24,916 nt of DNA from the NCBI GenBank assembly GCA_031414595.1, contig JANNVX010000119.1:1-24916 (forward strand), written 5' to 3'. How positions within the stretch are numbered: position 1 is the first letter of the stretch; each line of letters starts with the position of its first letter. The DNA comes from Deinococcales bacterium. GTDB taxonomy: Bacteria; Deinococcota; Deinococci; Deinococcales; JAAFIG01. The notes under the pieces were generated by a model. It made no database searches. It was not told where the DNA came from and was given only the letters and a program-made list of their open reading frames with translations. Positions 17,558 to 24,916 of this stretch are shown in pieces. A program made the position numbers and the translations under genes.

Positions 17558-18433
17558 ATGAAACCTTTGATTATCAGTATTTTTCTGCTCTCGAGCCTCG
17601 CCCAAGCCCAAACCCTACAAGTCGTGACCAGTTTTTCGATTCTCGAGGATTTGGTCAAAAACGTTGGTGGCAATAAAATCCAAATTGTAAATTTTGTACC
17701 TCGAGATGGCGACACCCACAGTTACCAACCAAGTGCTACCGATGTCAAAGCCCTTGCCAAAGCGAGGATTGTGTTTACCAGTGGACTTGGACTCGAGACA
17801 TGGTTCGCGAAACTGGCTAAAAATGCTGGGGGAAAAGCCCAGATGATTGAATTATCCAAAGGTCTAATCACCCGCAAATTTAGCGAAGGCGACGAAATTG
17901 GCGAATCCGACCCGCACATCTGGTGGAATACAATCAATGTGGTCAGCTATGTTAATAAAATTCGTAACGCTTTAAGTGCTGCCGACTCGAGTAACCAAGC
18001 CACGTATTGGAATAATGCCGCCAAATACACCCGAGAACTCGCCAATCTGGATACTTGGGCAAAACTCGAGGTGCAAAAAATCCCAGCCACTAATCGTAAA
18101 ATTGTCACCAACCATGACGCACTGGGTTACTTAGCTGACCGTTACGGCTTTCAGGTGATTGGCACAGTGATTCCCGGTGGCAGTACCGAACGCGCCCCAA
18201 GTGCCAAAGAAACGGCTGATTTAATCCGCATCATTCGCCGTGAAAAAGTCAAAGCCATTTTTACCGAAAACGTTATTAACGCTAAACTTGCCGAAACAAT
18301 CGCCAGAGAAACCAATGCCAAAATTGCTCCAGCCCTGTATACCGATGCGCTTGGTGCAATTGGCTCGAGCGGCGAGACGTTTTTGAAGGCTTTTCGGCAC
18401 AATATAGAAACCTTAGTGGCGGCTTTGCGTTAA
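17558..18433 (+). CDS. Zn/Mn ABC transporter substrate-binding protein (ZnuA/TroA family)
   Basis: Signal peptide ending AQA, VVTSFSIL, DTHSYQP, DPHIWW, TNHDALGY, YTDAL (3 His + Asp ligands). Confidence 0.93.
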   Translation: MKPLIISIFLLSSLAQAQTLQVVTSFSILEDLVKNVGGNKIQIVNFVPRDGDTHSYQPSATDVKALAKARIVFTSGLGLETWFAKLAKNAGGKAQMIELSKGLITRKFSEGDEIGESDPHIWWNTINVVSYVNKIRNALSAADSSNQATYWNNAAKYTRELANLDTWAKLEVQKIPATNRKIVTNHDALGYLADRYGFQVIGTVIPGGSTERAPSAKETADLIRIIRREKVKAIFTENVINAKLAETIARETNAKIAPALYTDALGAIGSSGETFLKAFRHNIETLVAALR

Positions 18434-18453
18434 AAATTAACTGCGGATTCATT

Positions 18454-18975
18454 TTACCTCGAGAACGACGCAAAGAAAACATCGGTATTGTTAAGTGCAA
18501 CATAAACCGAAACATAGGTAGCCAACAGCAACCACAAAACCCGAAATCCAATCATGGTTGCGGCTCGGCGGTCAATTCTCCAAGCCAGCAAAAAATTAAA
18601 CAAAGCAATCAATAAGCCAAAAACTGTATCTATTGCCCCTAAAATTGGACTTTGTATCCAAAAGTATAGGGTGTTAAAAACAGCAAACAACACCCAGCCT
18701 ACTATCTCGAGCTTAATAAAAGTTTGCTTTTGGTGTGTTTGGCTGTTTGAGTTGACCACCATTGCAAGAGCAATCAGCGATGTGACATTCAAAAAAAACC
18801 ACATCGGCACAAATAACCAGTCTGGGGGTGCAATGGCTGGACGTACAAAATTGTTATAAAAGGCTTCATCACCGTTAATTCCCGCAGGAAGAACACTGAT
18901 GGCATTGGCAATCATAAAAATAGCAAGTCCATGCCACCATCTGAATGGCTGAATGACAAATAGAATCGTTTTCAT
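18454..18975 (-). CDS. tspO: TspO/MBR tryptophan-rich sensory protein
   Basis: About 5 TM segments, FYNNFVRPAIAPPDWLFVPMW motif, C-terminal WLLLATY..LN. Confidence 0.85.
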   Translation of the reverse strand: MKTILFVIQPFRWWHGLAIFMIANAISVLPAGINGDEAFYNNFVRPAIAPPDWLFVPMWFFLNVTSLIALAMVVNSNSQTHQKQTFIKLEIVGWVLFAVFNTLYFWIQSPILGAIDTVFGLLIALFNFLLAWRIDRRAATMIGFRVLWLLLATYVSVYVALNNTDVFFASFSR

Positions 18976-18977
18976 GC

Positions 18978-19655
18978 TTATTCGCTCTGTCCTTCAAGTC
19001 GCATTCGGTATTTGCTGCTGCCCGGAAACGCATGGTCAAAGTATTCTGCGCCGTAACGGATATACAATTGAAAACCGATGGCTTCGTAAGCTCGTTGGGC
19101 GGCTTCGTTTCCTGTGGTCACAGAAATCCCAACATGGCTGTGACCTAACTTACGCCCTTCGGTAAACAGTGCAGCAAATAATTTTTTGGTCATCCCGCGC
19201 CCTCGGGCTTTGGGGATTACTGCCACCGATTCAATAATCCAAGACGCTTGCGGGGCTAGGCTCGAGTCCAGAGGGTCACTCCAAACTTGTTGATACATTT
19301 CTTGGAAAGCCAAGGTTGCAGTTGTGTCCCAGCCTAAGCGTTCGGCAATAACCCCTAAACGCTCGAGTCTTAATGGGCGGTAATCTGTCTCTGACATGGT
19401 AAAAGCCGATGCACCAGCGATGGCTTGTCCTGCTTGCTCGAGGATAAAAAACTGCTCGACCTGACCCCAAGCCAGTGCGTTACTCTGAAATACAGCTTCG
19501 AGAAAGGTTTGGCTCGAGGTTTTGGTCTGGGCTAAAAGTGGGTCCCAGTAACAAAATTCAGGTGCGGGTGAAGTGGCTTCACGGTTGCACCATGCCAAAA
19601 AAGGAATATCGGTTGGTATGGCTCGACGGGCTATGATTTCGGGATTCATATTCAC
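18978..19655 (-). CDS. GNAT-family N-acetyltransferase
   Basis: IESVAVIPKARGRG (motif A) and NEAAQRAYEAIGF (motif B); ATGA overlap with the upstream gene. Confidence 0.85.
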   Translation of the reverse strand: MNMNPEIIARRAIPTDIPFLAWCNREATSPAPEFCYWDPLLAQTKTSSQTFLEAVFQSNALAWGQVEQFFILEQAGQAIAGASAFTMSETDYRPLRLERLGVIAERLGWDTTATLAFQEMYQQVWSDPLDSSLAPQASWIIESVAVIPKARGRGMTKKLFAALFTEGRKLGHSHVGISVTTGNEAAQRAYEAIGFQLYIRYGAEYFDHAFPGSSKYRMRLEGQSE

Positions 19656-20191
19656 TCCAGTGTGCCGAACATTTTGTTGCGATTGGTTTGCTTAACAAAA
19701 TGTTCAAGTCGTTTTTTGAAAACTTCGGGTTGTCGGCGAACTTCTTCGATGTAACCAATACGAATGCGCTGATACAAGGCTGAAAAGGCTTGGAAATTTG
19801 CCCAAGTTTCAGGGTTGGTTTTAAGGGTATTTTGAATGTCCTCAGCGATTTTGAAGGCTTCTACAGAAAGGTCTGGCAGAACTGCGCTGCCTGCCTCGGT
19901 CATTAGGTTCTGGGCTATCAGTCCTCGAGCGCGTTCTTTATTAAGTTCTGTCCAGTGGCTTTTTTGGCGGCGTGGCGTGAAGCGCTGTGCCAAATGCGCT
20001 TCGTCATGGCGCTTGGCGATGCCATCTATCCAGCCGTAACACATTGCCTCGAGAACCGACTCGAGGTAGGTCAGGGTGGGCTGGGTTTGATTGTGCAGTA
20101 GCCAAATCTCGGTTTTGTCTTGATGATATTTTGCTAACCAAGCCCGCCATGCTGCGCGGTTAGAGACTTTGAGTGTTTCTGTGATTTTCAT
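19652..20191 (-). CDS. YdeI/OmpD-associated family protein
   Basis: WRAWL, EAMCYGWIDG, RFTPRRQKSHWTELNK, MTEAG, C-terminal OmdA-like region. Confidence 0.88.
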   Translation of the reverse strand: MKITETLKVSNRAAWRAWLAKYHQDKTEIWLLHNQTQPTLTYLESVLEAMCYGWIDGIAKRHDEAHLAQRFTPRRQKSHWTELNKERARGLIAQNLMTEAGSAVLPDLSVEAFKIAEDIQNTLKTNPETWANFQAFSALYQRIRIGYIEEVRRQPEVFKKRLEHFVKQTNRNKMFGTLE

Positions 20192-20260
20192 ATGTTATCC
20201 AAATGTTGTAAAACGATTTTAGATTTAACGACTGTTAGGTAGATTTTATGCAATCCAGAT

Positions 20261-20845
20261 TCACCCCTTTTCATTTTCTAATCCCTCAACAAACATCGTT
20301 ATTAAGGCTCGAGCCAATTCTGAGGGTTTCATCTCTGGGAAATCAGCCATTTCCGAAAGCAAACCCATAAACGCCCAAGCACTTAAAAGGGTATTGTGCA
20401 AACGCAGTTCTTGGTTTTTAATACCAATTTCAAAAACTTGGTGAACAACATTGAACTGCTTTGTCCTAAAGCGCTGGAAAACCTTCTGCTGGTGTTCTGG
20501 GCCGATAAAACGTAAAGCATCTCGCAGTACCCGAGCGCCATCAGTTCGTTGTGTAAAAGCATATTCAGCAATAGCGCACAATTGTTCTCGAGCCGTGCCT
20601 TGTGACTGATAGGCGTTTTCAATTCCAATTTCATCCTCGCTCATCATCTGGTCAGCAACCGCCAGAACAAGTTCCTCCTTACCGTCTGGGAAGTGGTAGT
20701 ACAGTGTGGCTTTGCGAACCCCAATAGCTTTGGCGACATCATCCATCGAAAACCCTTGATACCCATATTGGTGCATCAATGTGTTGGCTGCCTTGAGCGC
20801 AAGGTGACGTGTATCTTGGGCTTCCTGTTTTTTTGGTCGCGCCAT
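20261..20845 (-). CDS. TetR/AcrR-family transcriptional regulator
   Basis: MARPK..GYQGFSMDDVAKAIGVRKATLYYHFPDGKEEL HTH. Confidence 0.95.
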   Translation of the reverse strand: MARPKKQEAQDTRHLALKAANTLMHQYGYQGFSMDDVAKAIGVRKATLYYHFPDGKEELVLAVADQMMSEDEIGIENAYQSQGTAREQLCAIAEYAFTQRTDGARVLRDALRFIGPEHQQKVFQRFRTKQFNVVHQVFEIGIKNQELRLHNTLLSAWAFMGLLSEMADFPEMKPSELARALITMFVEGLENEKG

Positions 20846-20849
20846 AAAT

Positions 20850-20867
20850 ATCTGCCGGTTGGTAGAT
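20850..20867. promoter_or_regulatory. Candidate TetR autoregulatory operator
   Basis: Imperfect palindrome ATCTGCC-GGTT-GGTAGAT, 4 nt from the tetR ATG, overlapping a minus-strand TAATCT -10 (20869-20864). Confidence 0.6.
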
Positions 20868-20927
20868 TACTGGGATTAACTGCCAGTAACCATGAAGCAG
20901 CTTACAATTTGGTTGCTCGAGTTTTGA

Positions 20928-21869
20928 TTAACCATAAAACCACTGCACAAAATCATCCTCGAGTGGCAACAACAAATCCAAGTATTTTCCATCATGTCCA
21001 GCCACAAAACCAGTTATCTTGGTCGAAAAATACGGGCGATGATCCACCCGAGTCAATCCCAAACCGAGGCGTGTAAGCTCAGATGCTAAATGTTCACAAA
21101 TGCGCTCGCCTTCGGCTTGACTCCCGAGCTTGGCGGTGAGCAGTGTACGACCATCCCCAAATTCGAGTTTACCTTCAGGTCCTCGAGCCAAAATAAGTGC
21201 TAGTAACCCCGAATAGCTCGAGGCTACACCCTGCTCGAGTGCAAAAGCGACTCGAGCCTCAAAGGTTGTGAGCCGCACCCGAACTTCAAGCCATGTGTCT
21301 TGTTGCAGGACTTGAACTCGAGCATCCGTTCCCTCGAGCATCTGCGCTTCACGCTGAATTCGTTCTTGCGTAGCATTGGCTAGATTTATTTCACCACAAT
21401 CAAGTAAAGCAATTGCCCAGCCGTGATGTAATTCTGGTTTGGCATTCCAACCACCAAGCAGCAGCACCTCGAGTAAACCTAAAGCTCGAGTTGGTAGATT
21501 AATTGGGTTTAGCCCTAGTATTGAATCAGGCGAAAAATTTTGTTCAGTGATCCATTCTTGCCAAGTGGTTTGTACACCTGTGGATAAAGTCACGGTCAGG
21601 GCATTAGTATCAATCAAGCACCACGGCATGGTTAAGAGCGGTTTGATTTTCTCAAAATGCCATGATTCTATTGGGTTTCGTGCCAGTAAATACAAATGCT
21701 TCACTTGGTCAGATTCAATAAAATACGCATCTTGATTACTTTTTTGGTACTCAACCACCCAAGCATTGATGATTGAATCCGTTCCGATTCGTACAGGGAA
21801 ATTAGTAAGGGCATGGTCTCGAGTAGCCGCAAAATGCCACGCCATTTGATTCCAAACAAAGTGATTCAT
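20928..21869 (-). CDS. Hypothetical protein (313 aa), no family recognised
   Basis: Long ATG-initiated ORF filling the gap between tetR and the mutS2 promoter region. Confidence 0.75.
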   Translation of the reverse strand: MNHFVWNQMAWHFAATRDHALTNFPVRIGTDSIINAWVVEYQKSNQDAYFIESDQVKHLYLLARNPIESWHFEKIKPLLTMPWCLIDTNALTVTLSTGVQTTWQEWITEQNFSPDSILGLNPINLPTRALGLLEVLLLGGWNAKPELHHGWAIALLDCGEINLANATQERIQREAQMLEGTDARVQVLQQDTWLEVRVRLTTFEARVAFALEQGVASSYSGLLALILARGPEGKLEFGDGRTLLTAKLGSQAEGERICEHLASELTRLGLGLTRVDHRPYFSTKITGFVAGHDGKYLDLLLPLEDDFVQWFYG

Positions 21870-22058
21870 AGTTAATCCATGTTACACCGAAGCAACAACT
21901 ACACCCAGTAAAAATTCGCCCTCCCAAGATTAAGCATATTTAATTCAATCTACGCCATAATATAAACCATAGCTACGCCGTTAAGCGCATTCAATTTGGG
22001 CTTTAAGGGATTTATAATCTTCGGCTGAGATGTTATTTTCATCTCGAGTGGAGATGTC

Positions 22059-24350
22059 GTGATAACAAGTCGTGCCTTAGAAGTCCTTGAATTTCAACCT
22101 ATCCGTGAAGCCATTGCGGAGCGTTCAAGCACAGTCATGGGTCGAGAACTGGCGCTGGCGCTTCATCCAACTTCGGATGCTTACGCTGTTCGTACCATGA
22201 TTGAACAACTCGAGGATGCCCTGATTGGCTCGAGTCTGCACCTTGGTGGAATTACCGATGTGCGCGGGGTCATCAGTAAACTCGGACAAGGACAATTGGT
22301 GGGCGCACCTGAACTGCTCGAGGTTGCTTATACCTTAGATGCTGCCATGACCTTACGCCGCAGCATTGCCCAGCACAGTTTGGGTCCTCTGATGCACGTT
22401 GCCGAAAAAATTGGACAGCACACGATTTTAACCCGCAGTATTTTAGAAAAACTCAACCGCGATGGGTCGGTACGCGACGATGCCAGCCCAAAATTGCGCC
22501 AATTACGCCGCCGACTCGAGCCGCTTCGCAGCCAAATTCGTGACAGCCTAACCCGCATCATGGAACGAAACGGCGAGTACCTGCAAGACAAAATTATCAC
22601 CATTCGCCGCGATAGGTATGTGATTCCCGTCCGCTCGAGTTTTGAAAATCAAGTCCCCGGAATTGTGGTGGATTCAAGTGCCAGCCAACAAACCGTGTTT
22701 ATCGAACCTGCCAGTGTTGTACCACTCAATAACGAACTTGCCCGCACCGTCATCGAAGAAGAACAAGAAGTTGCCCGAATCCTGCTCGAGCTAACCCGCA
22801 TGGTGGCTGATGAACCGGGGCTTTGGGAAACACTACGGGCTGTTGCCGAACTCGATTTAATTGCTGCTAAAGCCGCCCTGTGCAAAGACTGGGATTTAAC
22901 CCGACCCGATGCCAGTCCCGAAGGCGATTTTGAAGTTATAGATATTCGCCACCCGTTAATTAAAGATTGCATCCCCAATTCATTTCGCCTCGGTAAAGAA
23001 CGGCGTTTACTTTTAATTACCGGACCAAACATGGGCGGCAAAACCGTCACCCTAAAAAGCCTAGGTTTAGCCATTGCAATGCACCAAAGCGGTTTATTTG
23101 TTCGGGCATACAGTGCCAAATTACCGATTGTCCAAGAAATCCTGTGCGATATTGGCGATGGTCAGAACCTGCTCGAGAGCCTAAGCACCTTCGCCGCCCA
23201 TCTTAAAAACCTCAGTACGATTCTCGAGCGAGCCAAATCTGGCACGCTTGTTTTAATAGATGAACTCGGAAGCGGCACAGACCCTTCTGAGGGCGCGGCA
23301 CTTTCTCAAGCCATGATTGAACAGTTATTAACCCAAGGCGCTCGAGGGATTATTACAAGCCACCTCACGCCCCTAAAAATCTTTGCATCCGAACGCCAAG
23401 ATGTGGTCAATGCCAGCATGAGCTTTGATGTCGAGAATTTGCGCCCAACCTATAAACTCTCAATTGGCGCACCCGGACGTTCCTATGCTCTCGCCATTGC
23501 ACGGCGCTTGGGCTTTCCAAACAGCGTGGTCTCGAGGGGCGAAACGATTTTAGGACCCGAAGGGCTACAAGTCGAAAAACTGCTCGAAGCGCTTGAAGTC
23601 GAACGCAAAAACTTAGAAACCGATGCCGCCGCCGCCAGAGTTGCCAAAGAACACAGCGAGCGCCAAGAAAAAGAACTCCGCATTAAACTCGAGCAATTAG
23701 AACAACAAAAAAACCAGTTTCTACTCGAAGCCCAAGCCAAAGCCGATAGCGTTTACCGCAACGCCATTGAACAAGTTCGGCAACTTAAAAACCGCACCCA
23801 AACCGACCTACAAACTGAACGCCCCAAAGTCATGCAGGAATTACGCGACCTTCGGGCGGCCGCCCAAGCCGAACGCCCACAAATGAGTGCTGTGCAACGC
23901 GAACCAGAAGCGCTAAAAGCTGGCGCGAGTGTTGAAGTTCCAAGTTATGGCACAAACGGCAAAATTCTCGAGTTACGCGGCGAAGATGTACTGGTGCAAA
24001 TGGGGTTACTGAAAGTGACACTTAAGCGCCGTGATGTGCGCCTAAAACAAAATGGTGTTAGTGTCAAAGCCGCCAGTGGCGGGGTGTACGTTTCCCCCTC
24101 GAGTTTCACCAAAGAACTAAATTTGCGTGGCGCTCATGTTGAAGAAGCGATTGAAGAAGTGCGGAATTTTATCACCGAAGCCCAAGCCTTGCGCGAAGGG
24201 CAAATTCGGATACTGCACGGCAAGGGCGAAGGGATACTCAGGCGCGTGGTGCGGGATTACCTGAAAACCGACAAGCGCATCTCGAGTTACAGCGACGCGA
24301 ACCCCAACGAAGGTGGGCATGGCGTGACCATAGCTAATATTCGGGTGTGA
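22059..24350 (+). CDS. mutS2: MutS2 endonuclease/ATPase with C-terminal Smr domain
   Basis: LEVLEF start, ITGPNMGGKT Walker A, LSTFAAH, LIDELGSGTDP, coiled coil, LNLRG..ILHGKGEG..GGHGVT Smr; GGAG SD before GTG; TATAAT at 22013-22018. Confidence 0.97.
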   Translation: MITSRALEVLEFQPIREAIAERSSTVMGRELALALHPTSDAYAVRTMIEQLEDALIGSSLHLGGITDVRGVISKLGQGQLVGAPELLEVAYTLDAAMTLRRSIAQHSLGPLMHVAEKIGQHTILTRSILEKLNRDGSVRDDASPKLRQLRRRLEPLRSQIRDSLTRIMERNGEYLQDKIITIRRDRYVIPVRSSFENQVPGIVVDSSASQQTVFIEPASVVPLNNELARTVIEEEQEVARILLELTRMVADEPGLWETLRAVAELDLIAAKAALCKDWDLTRPDASPEGDFEVIDIRHPLIKDCIPNSFRLGKERRLLLITGPNMGGKTVTLKSLGLAIAMHQSGLFVRAYSAKLPIVQEILCDIGDGQNLLESLSTFAAHLKNLSTILERAKSGTLVLIDELGSGTDPSEGAALSQAMIEQLLTQGARGIITSHLTPLKIFASERQDVVNASMSFDVENLRPTYKLSIGAPGRSYALAIARRLGFPNSVVSRGETILGPEGLQVEKLLEALEVERKNLETDAAAARVAKEHSERQEKELRIKLEQLEQQKNQFLLEAQAKADSVYRNAIEQVRQLKNRTQTDLQTERPKVMQELRDLRAAAQAERPQMSAVQREPEALKAGASVEVPSYGTNGKILELRGEDVLVQMGLLKVTLKRRDVRLKQNGVSVKAASGGVYVSPSSFTKELNLRGAHVEEAIEEVRNFITEAQALREGQIRILHGKGEGILRRVVRDYLKTDKRISSYSDANPNEGGHGVTIANIRV

Positions 24351-24416
24351 TGCTAGACTTGCTAAAGTTTTACATTCAGAATAATGTCTATAGCTTCTTA
24401 GTATGAGAGGAGTCTT

Positions 24417-24783
24417 ATGAAAATGAGCTTCAAGTCTACTTTTATAATCGTTTCTATTATTAGTTTTATTTCTGTAAGTTGTGCGATTCAATATCCAATA
24501 GTTCAACAAGCATCACCTATAAATTTGCAGAGTGAGATTCAAAGTGCTATATCTCGAGGTCAATCAAGTTTAACCTTACCCTCAGGTACTTATCGAGTTG
24601 AAAATCATTTGATGATTGCTAATGCAAAGAACTTTATTTTAGATGGTAATTATTCCGATATTATATTTACGAGTAAAGCTGGTAAAATTCTTATTTATAA
24701 TTCGGAAAGCATAACAATTCGCAACTTAAAAATTGACTACGACCCTTTACCCTATACACAAGGAACGATTACGTCAGTTGAAT
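24417..24783 (+). pseudogene. 5' part of an AT-rich putative lipoprotein with right-handed beta-helix, interrupted by an IS
   Basis: AGGAG SD, lipobox-like ISVSC, LPSGTY..FILDGN..ITIRNLKIDYDPLPYTQGTI typical of pectin-lyase-fold/GH110-like N-termini; the residues after TSVE are IS-derived. Confidence 0.7.
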
Positions 24784-24916
24784 TGTCAAGAAGTCGTGGA
24801 CATGAAGGTCGGTACTTGAGCCTTACACCAGTTTTCCTCGAACTCAGCAGGTGATTTATAGCCAATTGTGGAGTGTAGCCGTTTCCGATTATAGAACACT
24901 TCAATCCACTCGAACA
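24784..24916 (-). mobile_element. Right end of an IS3-family insertion sequence (transposase C-terminus plus terminal IR), running off the window
   Basis: Minus strand 24914-24786 reads [29 protein letters not shown]...TTS*, the IS3 OrfB YN..R.HS.LGY.SP motif; the element ends GTCCACGACTTCTTGACA (TG...CA ends). Not in the supplied ORF track. Confidence 0.9.

Noticed and set aside
20867-20889. TTACTGG-N9-CCAGTAA as terminator of the ORFan
   Set aside because: No U-tract on the minus strand; it overlaps the tetR promoter region instead.
22028-22044. RDRM (DdrO box) upstream of mutS2
   Set aside because: AGATG-N7-CATCT has the spacing but lacks the conserved terminal TT...AA.
167-24558. CTCGAG sites as XhoI cloning or ligation junctions
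   Set aside because: Conserved reading frames run intact through the sites in all phases.
1-24916. CRISPR array, tRNA or rRNA genes
   Set aside because: No regularly spaced repeats or cloverleaf motifs seen; intergenic gaps are short.

Overview
Bacterial chromosomal window of roughly 48% GC by eye, most likely Deinococcota: many genes have a TANNNT -10 element 6-8 nt before a start codon with no SD, and Fba/MutS2/ROK look Deinococcus/Thermus-like. Contents: a GTAG-family REP pair; a sugar-utilisation operon (two ABC permeases, secreted and cytoplasmic GH43 enzymes, an M24-fold hydrolase split by one in-frame TAG); ndk; mmsA/iolA; an OmpR-type two-component pair; DinB-family protein; AAA-ATPase/PD-(D/E)XK nuclease; dynamin-like GTPase; fasciclin; ModF-like ABC ATPase; ROK kinase; fba; an orphan metal-binding protein; a TetR/YdeI/GNAT/TspO cluster; an ORFan; mutS2; and an AT-rich beta-helix lipoprotein gene cut by an IS3-family element at the window end. 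Strongest unexplained signals: (1) the palindrome CTCGAG occurs about 137 times by hand count versus about 6 expected, in all codon frames, like a HIP1-type highly iterated palindrome; (2) a MerR-type 19-bp-spacer promoter fires directly into the fba terminator and would make a ~38-nt RNA with an anti-Shine-Dalgarno loop; (3) a 17-codon uORF is coupled to the first permease. All calls are by-eye; no searches were run.
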